From Lysobacterales bacterium (GTDB lineage: Bacteria; Pseudomonadota; Gammaproteobacteria; Xanthomonadales; SZUA-38), in assembly GCA_033722075.1 (NCBI GenBank), contig JAWVZU010000003.1, forward strand, positions 1 through 41,031: a stretch of DNA of 41,031 nucleotides, written 5' to 3'. This document shows positions 16,054 through 23,788 of this stretch, piece after piece. The notes below the pieces were generated by a model. It did not search any database, was not told the origin of the DNA, and worked only from the letters and a program-made list of their open reading frames with translations. Position 1 is the first letter of the stretch. Every line of letters starts with the position of its first letter. Both the position numbers and the translations under genes were made by a program.

Positions 16054-18207
16054 ATGCACCGCATTCTTGGCATTTTTCTGGCTGGCTTGTTCCTGTGCCT
16101 GGGGCCGGTAACCGCCCCGGCGCAGAACCCCCTGGCCGAGCCGGTGCAGGAAACCCCGTCGGTCCCCGAGCCCGCCTCCCTGCGGCCAGGCTGGTGGGGT
16201 TATCTGGCCGACGCGCCTCCGGAGGAGCTGCAGGATCGGGCCACGCAACTGAAGGAAGCGGTCGACCGGGTGGTCCTGGCCCTGAACGTCGAGGATTCGC
16301 CACAGGCGGTGGAGCTGGCAGACCGCGCCAAGCGGGAAATCGATGGTTACGTCAGCGCACGCGCCGCCAGCGTATCCGAACCGCCGCTCAACCTCAGGGA
16401 ATCCGGTGAGTTCAGCCTGACCGAATATCTGGAGCTGCGTCGCCGCTATTGGTCCCTGGGCGAGGACATCCAGAGGGAGACGGTCGAACTGGAGGAACTG
16501 GCGGACCTGCGTGGCCTCGAGCGGCGCAAGGTCGACGAAGCTCTGAACGCCTACCAGCGAATCGGCGACAGCGTGCAGAAGGTGATTACCGGGTTGCGGC
16601 TCATTGCGGACCGGGCCCTGCTGGCGGTCACCGAACTCCGGCTGGAGAGGAAGCAATCCCGCCTCGAGTACCTCGAAAGCCAGCGCGATGCGTACCAGAG
16701 TCAGGCGGAATACGCGGTTCGCAACCTGGATCCCTCCGCCTTCGACCTTGAAGCGGCAACGACTCGCCTCGCGGAACGCCAGGCGGCGCTGGAGGACGCC
16801 CAGGAGGCGACCCGCAGCGCCAGGGATGCCCTGCTGGACCTCGATCCGCAGGCCGAGTACGCCACGATCCGGACCAACTACATCCGGCAGCGGAGGCTGG
16901 CCGCGACCCTTGAAGAAAATCAGCGCGCGCTCGAGCTCGGTCAGACCCGGGCCGCAATCGCCTGGTACCGGTTGAACCGCTCCGAGGAGGACGTACAAAC
17001 CGACGAGGCACACGCCCTGGTCGCCGAACTCCAGGGCCTGCTGACCCGCATCGACGAGAACATGGACGGCTGGCAGCGGAGCGGCGAGCAGCTTCTGCTG
17101 GCCCAGGACACCACCCAGATCCGGGATCGCGAAGTGCGGCTCATGCGGGACCGGTCGCGGGAACTGGGACAGGAGAACCTGCTCAACCTCCGCGAACTCC
17201 ACCAGATGCGCGGCGTGACGTCAGACGTCGTCAACGTGCTCACGACGGCCATAGCCAACTCCGAAGGCGGCGTGAGTGGTGCCTGGCGAAGGCTCCAGCT
17301 GGCGGTCATCGACGCCTGGCACTGGCTTTCCGACCTGACCGACAGTCCCCTCTTCTACTGGGGAGACATTCCCATCACCCCGCTGGCCATCCTGAAGATG
17401 GTGCTGGTCGTGGCCGGTGCGTTGCTGATGTCCTTCCTGCTCCGGCGTGGCCTCGATCGGCTGGGCCAGCGCCGTCACCTCCACGACCGGTCTTCGCTCT
17501 ACCTCCTGGGGCGGGTCGCTCACTACCTGATGATCATCGTCGGCATCTTCCTGGCGCTGAGTATCCTGGGCTTCGATTTCACGAGTGTTGCCCTCGTCGC
17601 CGGTGCGCTCTCCGTCGGTATCGGTTTCGGACTGCAGAGCATCGTCAACAATTTTGTGTCCGGGCTGATCCTGATGTTCGATCGCAGTCTCAAGATCGGG
17701 GATTACATCGAGCTCGACTCAGGCCTGACCGGGGTGGTCAAGGAAATCAAGGTGCGCTCCACGCGCATCAACACCAACGACAACGTCGACGTACTGGTTC
17801 CCAATTCCGAGTTCTTCAATTCCCGCCTGATCAACTGGACCCATGCGGACGGCCTGGGCCGATTCCGCATCAGCTTCGGTGTGGCCTACGGGTCGGAGAA
17901 GGAAAAGGTCAGGGAGGCGGCGCTGAAGGCCGCCGAGGACGTCGACTACACGCTGCACAACATGCCAGGAAAGGAACCCGAGGTCTGGCTGGTCAATTTT
18001 GGCGACAGCAGCCTGGATTTCATTCTGCTGGTCTGGGTCAGTCGCCAGGGCGTTCGACGGCCCACGCGGGTACGCTCGGCGTACCTGTGGGCGATCGAGA
18101 CGCGCCTGCGCGAATATGGCATCGAGATTCCGTTTCCCCAGCGGGACCTCCATCTTCGCACCGGTTTCCTGGCGCCCGGCGAGTCCGCCGTGCCCGAATC
18201 CGATTGA
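16054..18207 (+). CDS. MscS-family mechanosensitive channel with long periplasmic coiled-coil N-domain (MscK/KefA-like)
   Basis: I prefer the start at ATG 16054 (signal-like MHRILGIFLAGLFLCLGPVTAPAQ), with ATG 16009 as an alternative. The track ORF start at 15805 runs through tRNA-Leu. The MscS core is GFGLQSIVNNFVSGLILMFDRSLKIGDYIEL...VRSTRINTNDNVDVLVPNSEF. Confidence 0.88.
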   Translation: MHRILGIFLAGLFLCLGPVTAPAQNPLAEPVQETPSVPEPASLRPGWWGYLADAPPEELQDRATQLKEAVDRVVLALNVEDSPQAVELADRAKREIDGYVSARAASVSEPPLNLRESGEFSLTEYLELRRRYWSLGEDIQRETVELEELADLRGLERRKVDEALNAYQRIGDSVQKVITGLRLIADRALLAVTELRLERKQSRLEYLESQRDAYQSQAEYAVRNLDPSAFDLEAATTRLAERQAALEDAQEATRSARDALLDLDPQAEYATIRTNYIRQRRLAATLEENQRALELGQTRAAIAWYRLNRSEEDVQTDEAHALVAELQGLLTRIDENMDGWQRSGEQLLLAQDTTQIRDREVRLMRDRSRELGQENLLNLRELHQMRGVTSDVVNVLTTAIANSEGGVSGAWRRLQLAVIDAWHWLSDLTDSPLFYWGDIPITPLAILKMVLVVAGALLMSFLLRRGLDRLGQRRHLHDRSSLYLLGRVAHYLMIIVGIFLALSILGFDFTSVALVAGALSVGIGFGLQSIVNNFVSGLILMFDRSLKIGDYIELDSGLTGVVKEIKVRSTRINTNDNVDVLVPNSEFFNSRLINWTHADGLGRFRISFGVAYGSEKEKVREAALKAAEDVDYTLHNMPGKEPEVWLVNFGDSSLDFILLVWVSRQGVRRPTRVRSAYLWAIETRLREYGIEIPFPQRDLHLRTGFLAPGESAVPESD

Positions 18208-18222
18208 CGGGAGTCCGGCGCG

Positions 18223-19527
18223 TTGCCCGAAGCAGCCCGCAAGTTCTACCGCCTGTTGACCGACGAAGACGGCGAAGACATTTGCCGCGACATCAGCGAC
18301 GATGCCTGCACCCAGCAACCTCGGAACTTCCTGCGCCACGTTCTCGCGCTGTCGGGTACCAAGACCGGCGATGCGCTGATGGACCCCAAGCTGGTGTTGA
18401 GTTGGCTCCTGACCACGCTGGGTGCGCCCGCCCATCTGACAGGATGGCTGGTCCCGATCCGCGAATCGGGCGCGCTGCTGCCACAGCTGTTCATCGCCGA
18501 CCGGATCCGCAATATGCAGCGGCGCAAGTGGGCCTGGACCGTCGGCAGCCTGGTCCAGGGTCTGGCGGTGGCCGGAATGGCCTATTGCGCGGTGACTCTG
18601 ACCGGTCAGGCTGCAGGCTGGGGGATTCTCGGATGCCTGACCGTATTCGCCCTCGCTCGCAGCGTCTGCTCGGTGACCTACAAGGATGTGCTCGGCAAGA
18701 CCATTGCCCGCAACACCCGCGGTACCGTAACCGGGTCGGCGAGCGCCGTTGCCGCCGGAACGGCCCTCCTGTTCGGCGCAATCCTGAGTTTGCCCTGGAT
18801 CGACGTCACCGCGTCGGTCGTCGCGATCGCCCTGGCGATTGGCGCGGGCCTCTGGCTGACGGCTGCTGGCCTGTTCGCGACGCTTGCCGAACCGGCCGCA
18901 CGCCCCTCCAGCGAGGAGCGTGGGCTCGGCGGGATTGCCCACTGGCTGCGCGAGGATTCACAGCTGCGGCGCTTCGTCACGGTCCGGGGATTGCTGCTGG
19001 GAACGGCCCTCGCTCCGCCCTATCTGGTTGCCCTGGGAGGCACCGCAAGGTCGGCTGAAATGAGCACACTCGGCACGCTCGGCCCGCTGGTGCTGGCGTC
19101 CGCCAGCGCTCCGCTGCTCAGCAGCTACCAGTGGGGCCGTCTTGCCGACCGGTCGAGTCGGCGTGTACTCATCGTAGCCGGCGGCATCGCGACCATCGTT
19201 CTCGGCCTTGCGGGCGCAATAGGCATGGCCTTCCCCCACATGCTCGAAAGGTGGTGGACACTTCCACTGCTGCTCTTTGGGCTGATGGTGTCTTACCAGG
19301 GGGTTCGGCTTGGCCGATCGACGCACCTGGTCGACATGACAGACGCCGAGCGCCGCGCCGGGTATACGGCACTCTCGAATACCCTCATCGGCTTCTTCCT
19401 GGTCCTCGGCGGCGCCTTCGGCTGGCTCGCCGACGCCTACGGTCCAGCCAGCGTACTCGCCGCGTTTGCGTTGTTGTCGGCACTGGCGACGTGGCTTGGA
19501 CGCGGCCTGGACGAGGTTCAATCCTGA
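18223..19527 (+). CDS. MFS transporter
   Basis: The 434-aa product has about 12 predicted hydrophobic helices. The TTG start has a GGGAG 9 nt upstream. It lies 15 nt after the channel gene, so co-transcription is likely. Substrate unknown. Confidence 0.75.
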   Translation: MPEAARKFYRLLTDEDGEDICRDISDDACTQQPRNFLRHVLALSGTKTGDALMDPKLVLSWLLTTLGAPAHLTGWLVPIRESGALLPQLFIADRIRNMQRRKWAWTVGSLVQGLAVAGMAYCAVTLTGQAAGWGILGCLTVFALARSVCSVTYKDVLGKTIARNTRGTVTGSASAVAAGTALLFGAILSLPWIDVTASVVAIALAIGAGLWLTAAGLFATLAEPAARPSSEERGLGGIAHWLREDSQLRRFVTVRGLLLGTALAPPYLVALGGTARSAEMSTLGTLGPLVLASASAPLLSSYQWGRLADRSSRRVLIVAGGIATIVLGLAGAIGMAFPHMLERWWTLPLLLFGLMVSYQGVRLGRSTHLVDMTDAERRAGYTALSNTLIGFFLVLGGAFGWLADAYGPASVLAAFALLSALATWLGRGLDEVQS

Positions 19528-19639
19528 GAGCAACCATGCCGATCGTCCCTGCTGACTTCCGGCCCATGCGCTCGCCGGTCGAATCCGGATAATCAGTACC
19601 CGTCACACGTCATGTGTGCCTTCGCTTAACCCCCCGTTG

Positions 19640-19667
19640 ATCCCCGGCTCCCCGCCGGGGATTTTTT
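19640..19667 (+). terminator. intrinsic terminator downstream of the MFS gene
   Basis: A perfect 7-bp stem TCCCCGG/CCGGGGA (19640-19646 and 19654-19660) is followed by T7 (19661-19667). Confidence 0.7.
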
Positions 19668-19763
19668 TGCCCAAAAGGCGAGAGATTGGGCCGATCTGGT
19701 GCATTTTTGGAGGGAGCGGAATAGCCTCTGCGCTATTGCCGACCGAGAAAAATTCGCCAGGCG

Positions 19764-19791
19764 GTTCAAGATCCGGCGAAAATCCGTACAA
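19764..19791 (+). promoter_or_regulatory. candidate sigma70 promoter for tRNA-Cys
   Basis: TTCAAG (19764-19769), a 16-nt spacer, then TACAAT (19786-19791). The -10 element ends 13 nt before the mature tRNA 5' end. Confidence 0.4.
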
Positions 19792-19804
19792 TACGGCCTC
19801 CCGA

Positions 19805-19878
19805 GGCTGGGTGGCAGAGTGGTTATGCAGCGGCCTGCAAAGCCGTGTACGCCGGTTCGATTCCGACCCCAGCCTCCA
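19805..19878 (+). tRNA. tRNA-Cys (anticodon GCA)
   Basis: Acceptor GGCTGGG/CCCAGCC. Anticodon stem GCGGC/GCCGT with loop CTGCAAA. T loop TTCGATT. Discriminator T, with an encoded CCA. One C-A mismatch in the T stem. Confidence 0.9.
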
Positions 19879-19885
19879 TTATTCG

Positions 19886-19915
19886 AAAGACCGCCTCACG
19901 GGCGGTCTTTTTTTT
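19886..19915. terminator. bidirectional intrinsic terminator between tRNA-Cys and the convergent SDR gene
   Basis: Stem GACCGCC/GGCGGTC (19889-19895 and 19901-19907) is flanked by AAA on the left and T8 on the right. The SDR stop codon (TGA, 19898..19896) lies in the loop. Confidence 0.75.
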
Positions 19916-20732
19916 GTTGCTGCGACTGATCCCGGAATCGCTTTGACCGCCGGCGCACCAGGGCATAGGAAACGCGCCTCGGCAGATGCCGCTCGAACCA
20001 GACCAGGAAACGGTTCCAGCGCCCGTTGACGTAGACGATTTCGCCCAGCTCAGCGGCCTGGTAGGCCTGTCGAGCGACCGTATCCGCATCCATCCACATG
20101 TATTTCGGCAACCGATCTGCCAAGTGGCGGGTCCCGGTGACATCGTGGAACTCGCTGTAGGTGAAGCCCGGACAGACGGCTGTCGCCGTCACCCCGGTCC
20201 CCTGCAACTCGAAAGCCAGTGACTCGGTGAACCGGATCATCCAGCTCTTGGACGCATTGTAGAGCGTATGCCCCGGAGATCCGGGCAAATGGCCCGCGAC
20301 GGAAGCAATGTTCACGATGCGCCCATGGCCGCGTTCGACCATCGGCCCAAGCAGGCGGTGAGTCAGCTCCGCGACCGTGGTGACCATCACCTGCAGGAAG
20401 TCCTGGTGCACCGTCCAGGGTTGCCTCAGGTACTTGCCGGGCACCCCGTAGCCCGCATTGTTGACCAGGACGTCGATTGCCTTGCCGCGCGCCTCCAGGG
20501 CGGCCACGATTGCCTCGGAGCTTGCCGGATCCGCGAGGTCCGCCGGTGCAACGATGCACTCGCAGCCGTGCTCCTGCTTGAGTTCCGCAGCAAGCTGCTC
20601 CAATCGCTCGCGGCGCCGCGCGACGAGCACCAGATTGCATCCCCAGTAGGCATACTCCCGAGCGAGCGCCAATCCAATGCCGGACGAGGCCCCGGTGATG
20701 AGTGCGGTTCTGCGATTGCGTTCTGCGGTCAC
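19896..20732 (-). CDS. SDR-family oxidoreductase
   Basis: The product contains ALITGASSGIGLALA (TGxxxGxG), NNAG and a YNASK catalytic motif. I prefer the GTG start at 20732, which has AGGA 7 nt upstream. The track's TTG start at 20831 would run into the tRNA-Gly terminator. Confidence 0.85.
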   Translation of the reverse strand: MTAERNRRTALITGASSGIGLALAREYAYWGCNLVLVARRRERLEQLAAELKQEHGCECIVAPADLADPASSEAIVAALEARGKAIDVLVNNAGYGVPGKYLRQPWTVHQDFLQVMVTTVAELTHRLLGPMVERGHGRIVNIASVAGHLPGSPGHTLYNASKSWMIRFTESLAFELQGTGVTATAVCPGFTYSEFHDVTGTRHLADRLPKYMWMDADTVARQAYQAAELGEIVYVNGRWNRFLVWFERHLPRRVSYALVRRRSKRFRDQSQQQKKDRP

Positions 20733-20829
20733 GACAGTTCCTGCAAAAAGCGACAGCTTAACCTGATGTCGCACGAGTTGCGCGCGCTCACGGCAAGGTT
20801 GGAACTGGATTGCCTGGCAAGGTTGAAAC

Positions 20830-20859
20830 AAAAAAAACCGGCCGCGTCGGGCCGGTTTT
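20830..20859 (-). terminator. intrinsic terminator of tRNA-Gly (reverse strand)
   Basis: Stem CCGGCC/GGCCGG (20838-20843 and 20850-20855). Read on the reverse strand, it is followed by T8 (plus-strand A8 at 20830-20837). Confidence 0.75.
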
Positions 20860-20869
20860 CAGGGAATCC

Positions 20870-20945
<76 letters not shown>

Positions 20946-20958
20946 GGGAAGGCTGAGT

Positions 20959-20986
20959 AGTGTACGAATGATTCGCCGGGTGTCAA
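20959..20986 (-). promoter_or_regulatory. sigma70-type promoter for tRNA-Gly
   Basis: On the reverse strand: a perfect TTGACA (20986..20981), a 16-nt spacer, then TACACT (20964..20959). The -10 element ends 13 nt before the tRNA 5' end. The promoter overlaps the last codons of the ferredoxin gene. Confidence 0.55.
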
Positions 20987-21399
20987 GCGTCCTTCCGCTC
21001 CGACTCGGCAGCGGTATTCGGGCCTGCTCGCCCCCCCGGGAGCGGGTTTTCGGCAATCACGTAATCGCGCACGGGTTCACCGCCGATCAAGTGTTCCTGG
21101 ATGATCCGTTCGAGCACCTCCGGTGTGCAGGAGTGATACCAGGTGCCCTCGGGATAAACCACGGCAACCGGCCCCCCGGCACAAATCCTCAGGCAATTGG
21201 CCTTGGAACGGGCCACTCCGCCGTCCCGGAGCAGTCCCAGCTGCGCGACACGCTTCTTCAGATATTTCCACGACTCCAGGCCCGCGTCGGCCTCGCAGCA
21301 CTTCGGCTTGGTCTGGTCGCAGCAGAGGAAGATATGGCGCTTGATCTCGCCGATCCCGATCTTCTCCGCCTTGGCTTGCAGTTTCTTCACGGCGCCCAT
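20983..21399 (-). CDS. thioredoxin-like [2Fe-2S] ferredoxin family protein (COG3411-type)
   Basis: The 138-aa product starts at ATG 21399 ([10 protein letters not shown]...). It contains [14 protein letters not shown] and [24 protein letters not shown]. Its start overlaps the upstream stop (TGATG). The longer track ORF (to 21939) overlaps the SDR gene in another frame. Confidence 0.8.
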   Translation of the reverse strand: MGAVKKLQAKAEKIGIGEIKRHIFLCCDQTKPKCCEADAGLESWKYLKKRVAQLGLLRDGGVARSKANCLRICAGGPVAVVYPEGTWYHSCTPEVLERIIQEHLIGGEPVRDYVIAENPLPGGRAGPNTAAESERKDA

Positions 21400-22217
21400 C
21401 AGATGAAGAAATCCGGCTGCAATTCTGCGCTGGGGTCCACCGCATATTGATCGAAGTCGGTCACGCCGGTCTCTTTGAGGACCTCGTCGTCGATGCAGAA
21501 GTGGCCACTGAAGCCGGCTGCCGGCCGGGTCACGATCGCGTGAGCCGCGTCGGCCATGATTTCCGGCTTGCGGGAACGTCGCATCATCTCCTCTCCGCCA
21601 ACCACGTTGGCAATTGCGGCGGTGGCAATGGTGGTGCGCGGCCACAGCGCGTTGACACCGACCCGCCCCTCGAATTCCGCCGCCATCCCGAGAACGCACA
21701 GGCTCATGCCGTACTTGGCCATGGTGTAGGCGACGTGCGGCGCGAACCAGCGCGCTTCCATGTTCAAGGGCGGCGAAATGTTGAGGATATGCGGGTTTTC
21801 CGCCTGCAGCAGGTACGGCAGGCAATATTTCGACACCATGAAGGTGCCTCTGGCATTGACCTGGTGCATCAGGTCCCAGCGCTTCATCTTGGTGTCCAGC
21901 GTCCCGGTCAACACGATGGCGGAAGCGTTGTTGATGCACACATCGATCCCGCCGAAATGCTTCGCCGCCTGGTCGACGGCAGCCGCCACAGCGTCCTCGT
22001 CCCGCACGTCGCAGATCACCGGCAGCGCCCTCCCCCCGGCCGCCTCGATCTCCTCAGCCGCCGTATGGATCGTGCCGGGCAGCTTGGGATGGGGCCGGTC
22101 GGTCTTGGCCGCGATGACCACGTTGGCGCCGTCACGGGCGGCGCGCAGCCCAATGGCCTTGCCGATGCCGCGACTGGCGCCGGTGATGAACAGGGTCTTG
22201 CCTTTCAGATCACTCAT
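21399..22217 (-). CDS. SDR-family oxidoreductase (HSDL2-like subgroup)
   Basis: [39 protein letters not shown]...[20 protein letters not shown] and NNASAI are characteristic of the HSDL2-type SDR family. An ATGA overlap joins it to the upstream phosphatase gene. Confidence 0.88.
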   Translation of the reverse strand: MSDLKGKTLFITGASRGIGKAIGLRAARDGANVVIAAKTDRPHPKLPGTIHTAAEEIEAAGGRALPVICDVRDEDAVAAAVDQAAKHFGGIDVCINNASAIVLTGTLDTKMKRWDLMHQVNARGTFMVSKYCLPYLLQAENPHILNISPPLNMEARWFAPHVAYTMAKYGMSLCVLGMAAEFEGRVGVNALWPRTTIATAAIANVVGGEEMMRRSRKPEIMADAAHAIVTRPAAGFSGHFCIDDEVLKETGVTDFDQYAVDPSAELQPDFFI

Positions 22218-22897
22218 ACGACGGTGTGAAACTCCGGTTCGGAAAGATGAGGATGCATGTTGAACGCCTCCAGTTTACCCTCGCCCTCCGCAAACCGGAT
22301 TTCGGTCCAGGCGGAATTGCGAAGCTTGAGACTCATCTCGTACACCTCGATGTCGTTCAGCCCCTGGATGGCGCCGATGGCCATGCACACGAAGCCGCCG
22401 GAAGTCACCGCGAGTGCCCGCGAACCGGGCGCGAGTCGTTTCTGCAGATCCTCCAGCGCCGCGTCGACACGGGCGCGGGCATCCTGCCAGGTTTCCAGGT
22501 CGTCGAACTGGATCTGGCGGCCGATCCAGCGCCGCATGGCCGTGTCGAACTCCCGAAACCAGGCCTTCATTGCCTCCGGGTCCCCGGGTTTGCTGCCTTT
22601 CCCCTGTTCTCCGAAAACGCGCTCCATCACTGCAATGGCCTGGTGCTCGCACAGGGCTTCGATGGTCTGGACCTGGGGCAGTTCCAGGTCGCAGCTTTGA
22701 TAGCCCTCGGCTATTGCCGCATGTGTTTCCAGGTGTCGCCGGAGGGGCCCCACGTGCACCGCGTCGAAGTCGATTCCCGTCTCGGCCCAGTAACGTCCGA
22801 GACGCTTCGACTGTTCACGACCGAGCCGCGACAGGCGATCGTAGTCGTCGCTGCCGAGACTGGCCTGTCCGTGTCGCACCAGTACCAGCGTGGCCAT
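22214..22897 (-). CDS. histidine phosphatase (phosphoglycerate-mutase-like) family protein
   Basis: ATG at 22897 gives MATLVLVRHGQASLG, the RHG catalytic motif at the N-terminus. The gene starts 4 nt after the upstream SDR stop. The track ORF's 26-aa extension was discarded. Confidence 0.85.
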   Translation of the reverse strand: MATLVLVRHGQASLGSDDYDRLSRLGREQSKRLGRYWAETGIDFDAVHVGPLRRHLETHAAIAEGYQSCDLELPQVQTIEALCEHQAIAVMERVFGEQGKGSKPGDPEAMKAWFREFDTAMRRWIGRQIQFDDLETWQDARARVDAALEDLQKRLAPGSRALAVTSGGFVCMAIGAIQGLNDIEVYEMSLKLRNSAWTEIRFAEGEGKLEAFNMHPHLSEPEFHTVV

Positions 22898-22901
22898 GCG
22901 A

Positions 22902-23681
22902 TCAGAAGAAATCCCGGATGCTGATTCCGCCGTCCGCGACGATGGCCTGACCGGTGATGAACTTCGCCGCATCACTGGCCAGAAAAACAGCCACGCCCGC
23001 GATATCGTCCGGCTCGCCGATCCGTGCCAGGGGGGTCATGTGCTCCGTGTATTGCACGGCCTGGGGATTTTCCCAGAGCGCCCGCGCGAAATCGGTCTTG
23101 ATCAACCCCGGCGCAATGCAGTTGACGCGGATGTTCTGCTTGCCCCATTCCACCGCCAGGTTGCGGGCCACCTGGAAATCGGCCGCCTTGGAGATGGCGT
23201 AGGCCCCGAGGTTCTTGCTTCCGGAGAGGCCGGCGATGCTCGACACGAGGATCATCGAACCGCCGCCGCGCTCCGCCATCCCAGGCAGCGCTGCGTTGGC
23301 CATCCACACATGGCTTTTCGTGTTCGTGTCGAGGATCTTGTCGAAGGCGTCGTTGTCCAGCTGCGCCATCGGACCGTATACCGGATTGGCGGCTGCATTG
23401 GCGACCAGGATGTCGATTGGACCGAGCTTGTCCCCGGTCTCCTCAAGAAGCCGGAGGACCTCCTCCCGGTGGGAAACGTTGCAGGGGATTACGACCGCCT
23501 CGCCGCCCTGCTCTGCGATTTCCGCCGCGACCGGCTCGCAGGCCTCGGCCTTGCGGCTGGACACCACGACCCTGGCGCCCGCCTCGGCCATGCGCAGAGC
23601 GATGGCCCGGCCGATGCCGCGGCTGGAGCCGGTAATGACGGCGGTCTTGCCGGTCAGATCGAACATCCCTGGACCACTCAT
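22902..23681 (-). CDS. SDR-family oxidoreductase (DHRS4/FabG-like)
   Basis: The product has KTAVITGSSRGIGRAIA, a NAAANP variant of NNAG, and a YAISKAA catalytic Y-x3-K. AAGGAG lies 6 nt upstream of the ATG. Confidence 0.9.
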   Translation of the reverse strand: MSGPGMFDLTGKTAVITGSSRGIGRAIALRMAEAGARVVVSSRKAEACEPVAAEIAEQGGEAVVIPCNVSHREEVLRLLEETGDKLGPIDILVANAAANPVYGPMAQLDNDAFDKILDTNTKSHVWMANAALPGMAERGGGSMILVSSIAGLSGSKNLGAYAISKAADFQVARNLAVEWGKQNIRVNCIAPGLIKTDFARALWENPQAVQYTEHMTPLARIGEPDDIAGVAVFLASDAAKFITGQAIVADGGISIRDFF

Positions 23682-23788
23682 GGCGTCTCCTTGATTCCCT
23701 GGAAGCGGTTCATTTTACGAGTGACCCCGGGTGTGTCCAGCACGGGAGCACTTGCCGGCCTCGCCGCGAAACGCGGTCGGCTTCGGTC

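Noticed and set aside
16027-18942. Reverse-strand ORFs of 391 aa (16027-17202) and 407 aa (17719-18942) over the MscS-family and MFS genes
   Set aside because: They are shadow ORFs opposite well-supported membrane protein genes. They have no signal peptide, TM pattern or motif content, and their composition is Arg/Gly/Pro/Gln-rich.
19616-20029. 137-aa plus-strand ORF across the tRNA-Cys region
   Set aside because: It runs through the tRNA-Cys gene and its terminator and into the SDR gene antisense. It is not credible as coding sequence.
21400-21939. Upstream 180 codons of the 318-aa ORF containing the ferredoxin
   Set aside because: They overlap the HSDL2-like SDR gene in another frame. Ferredoxin-family similarity starts at MGAVKK (21399), which is stop/start coupled to the SDR.
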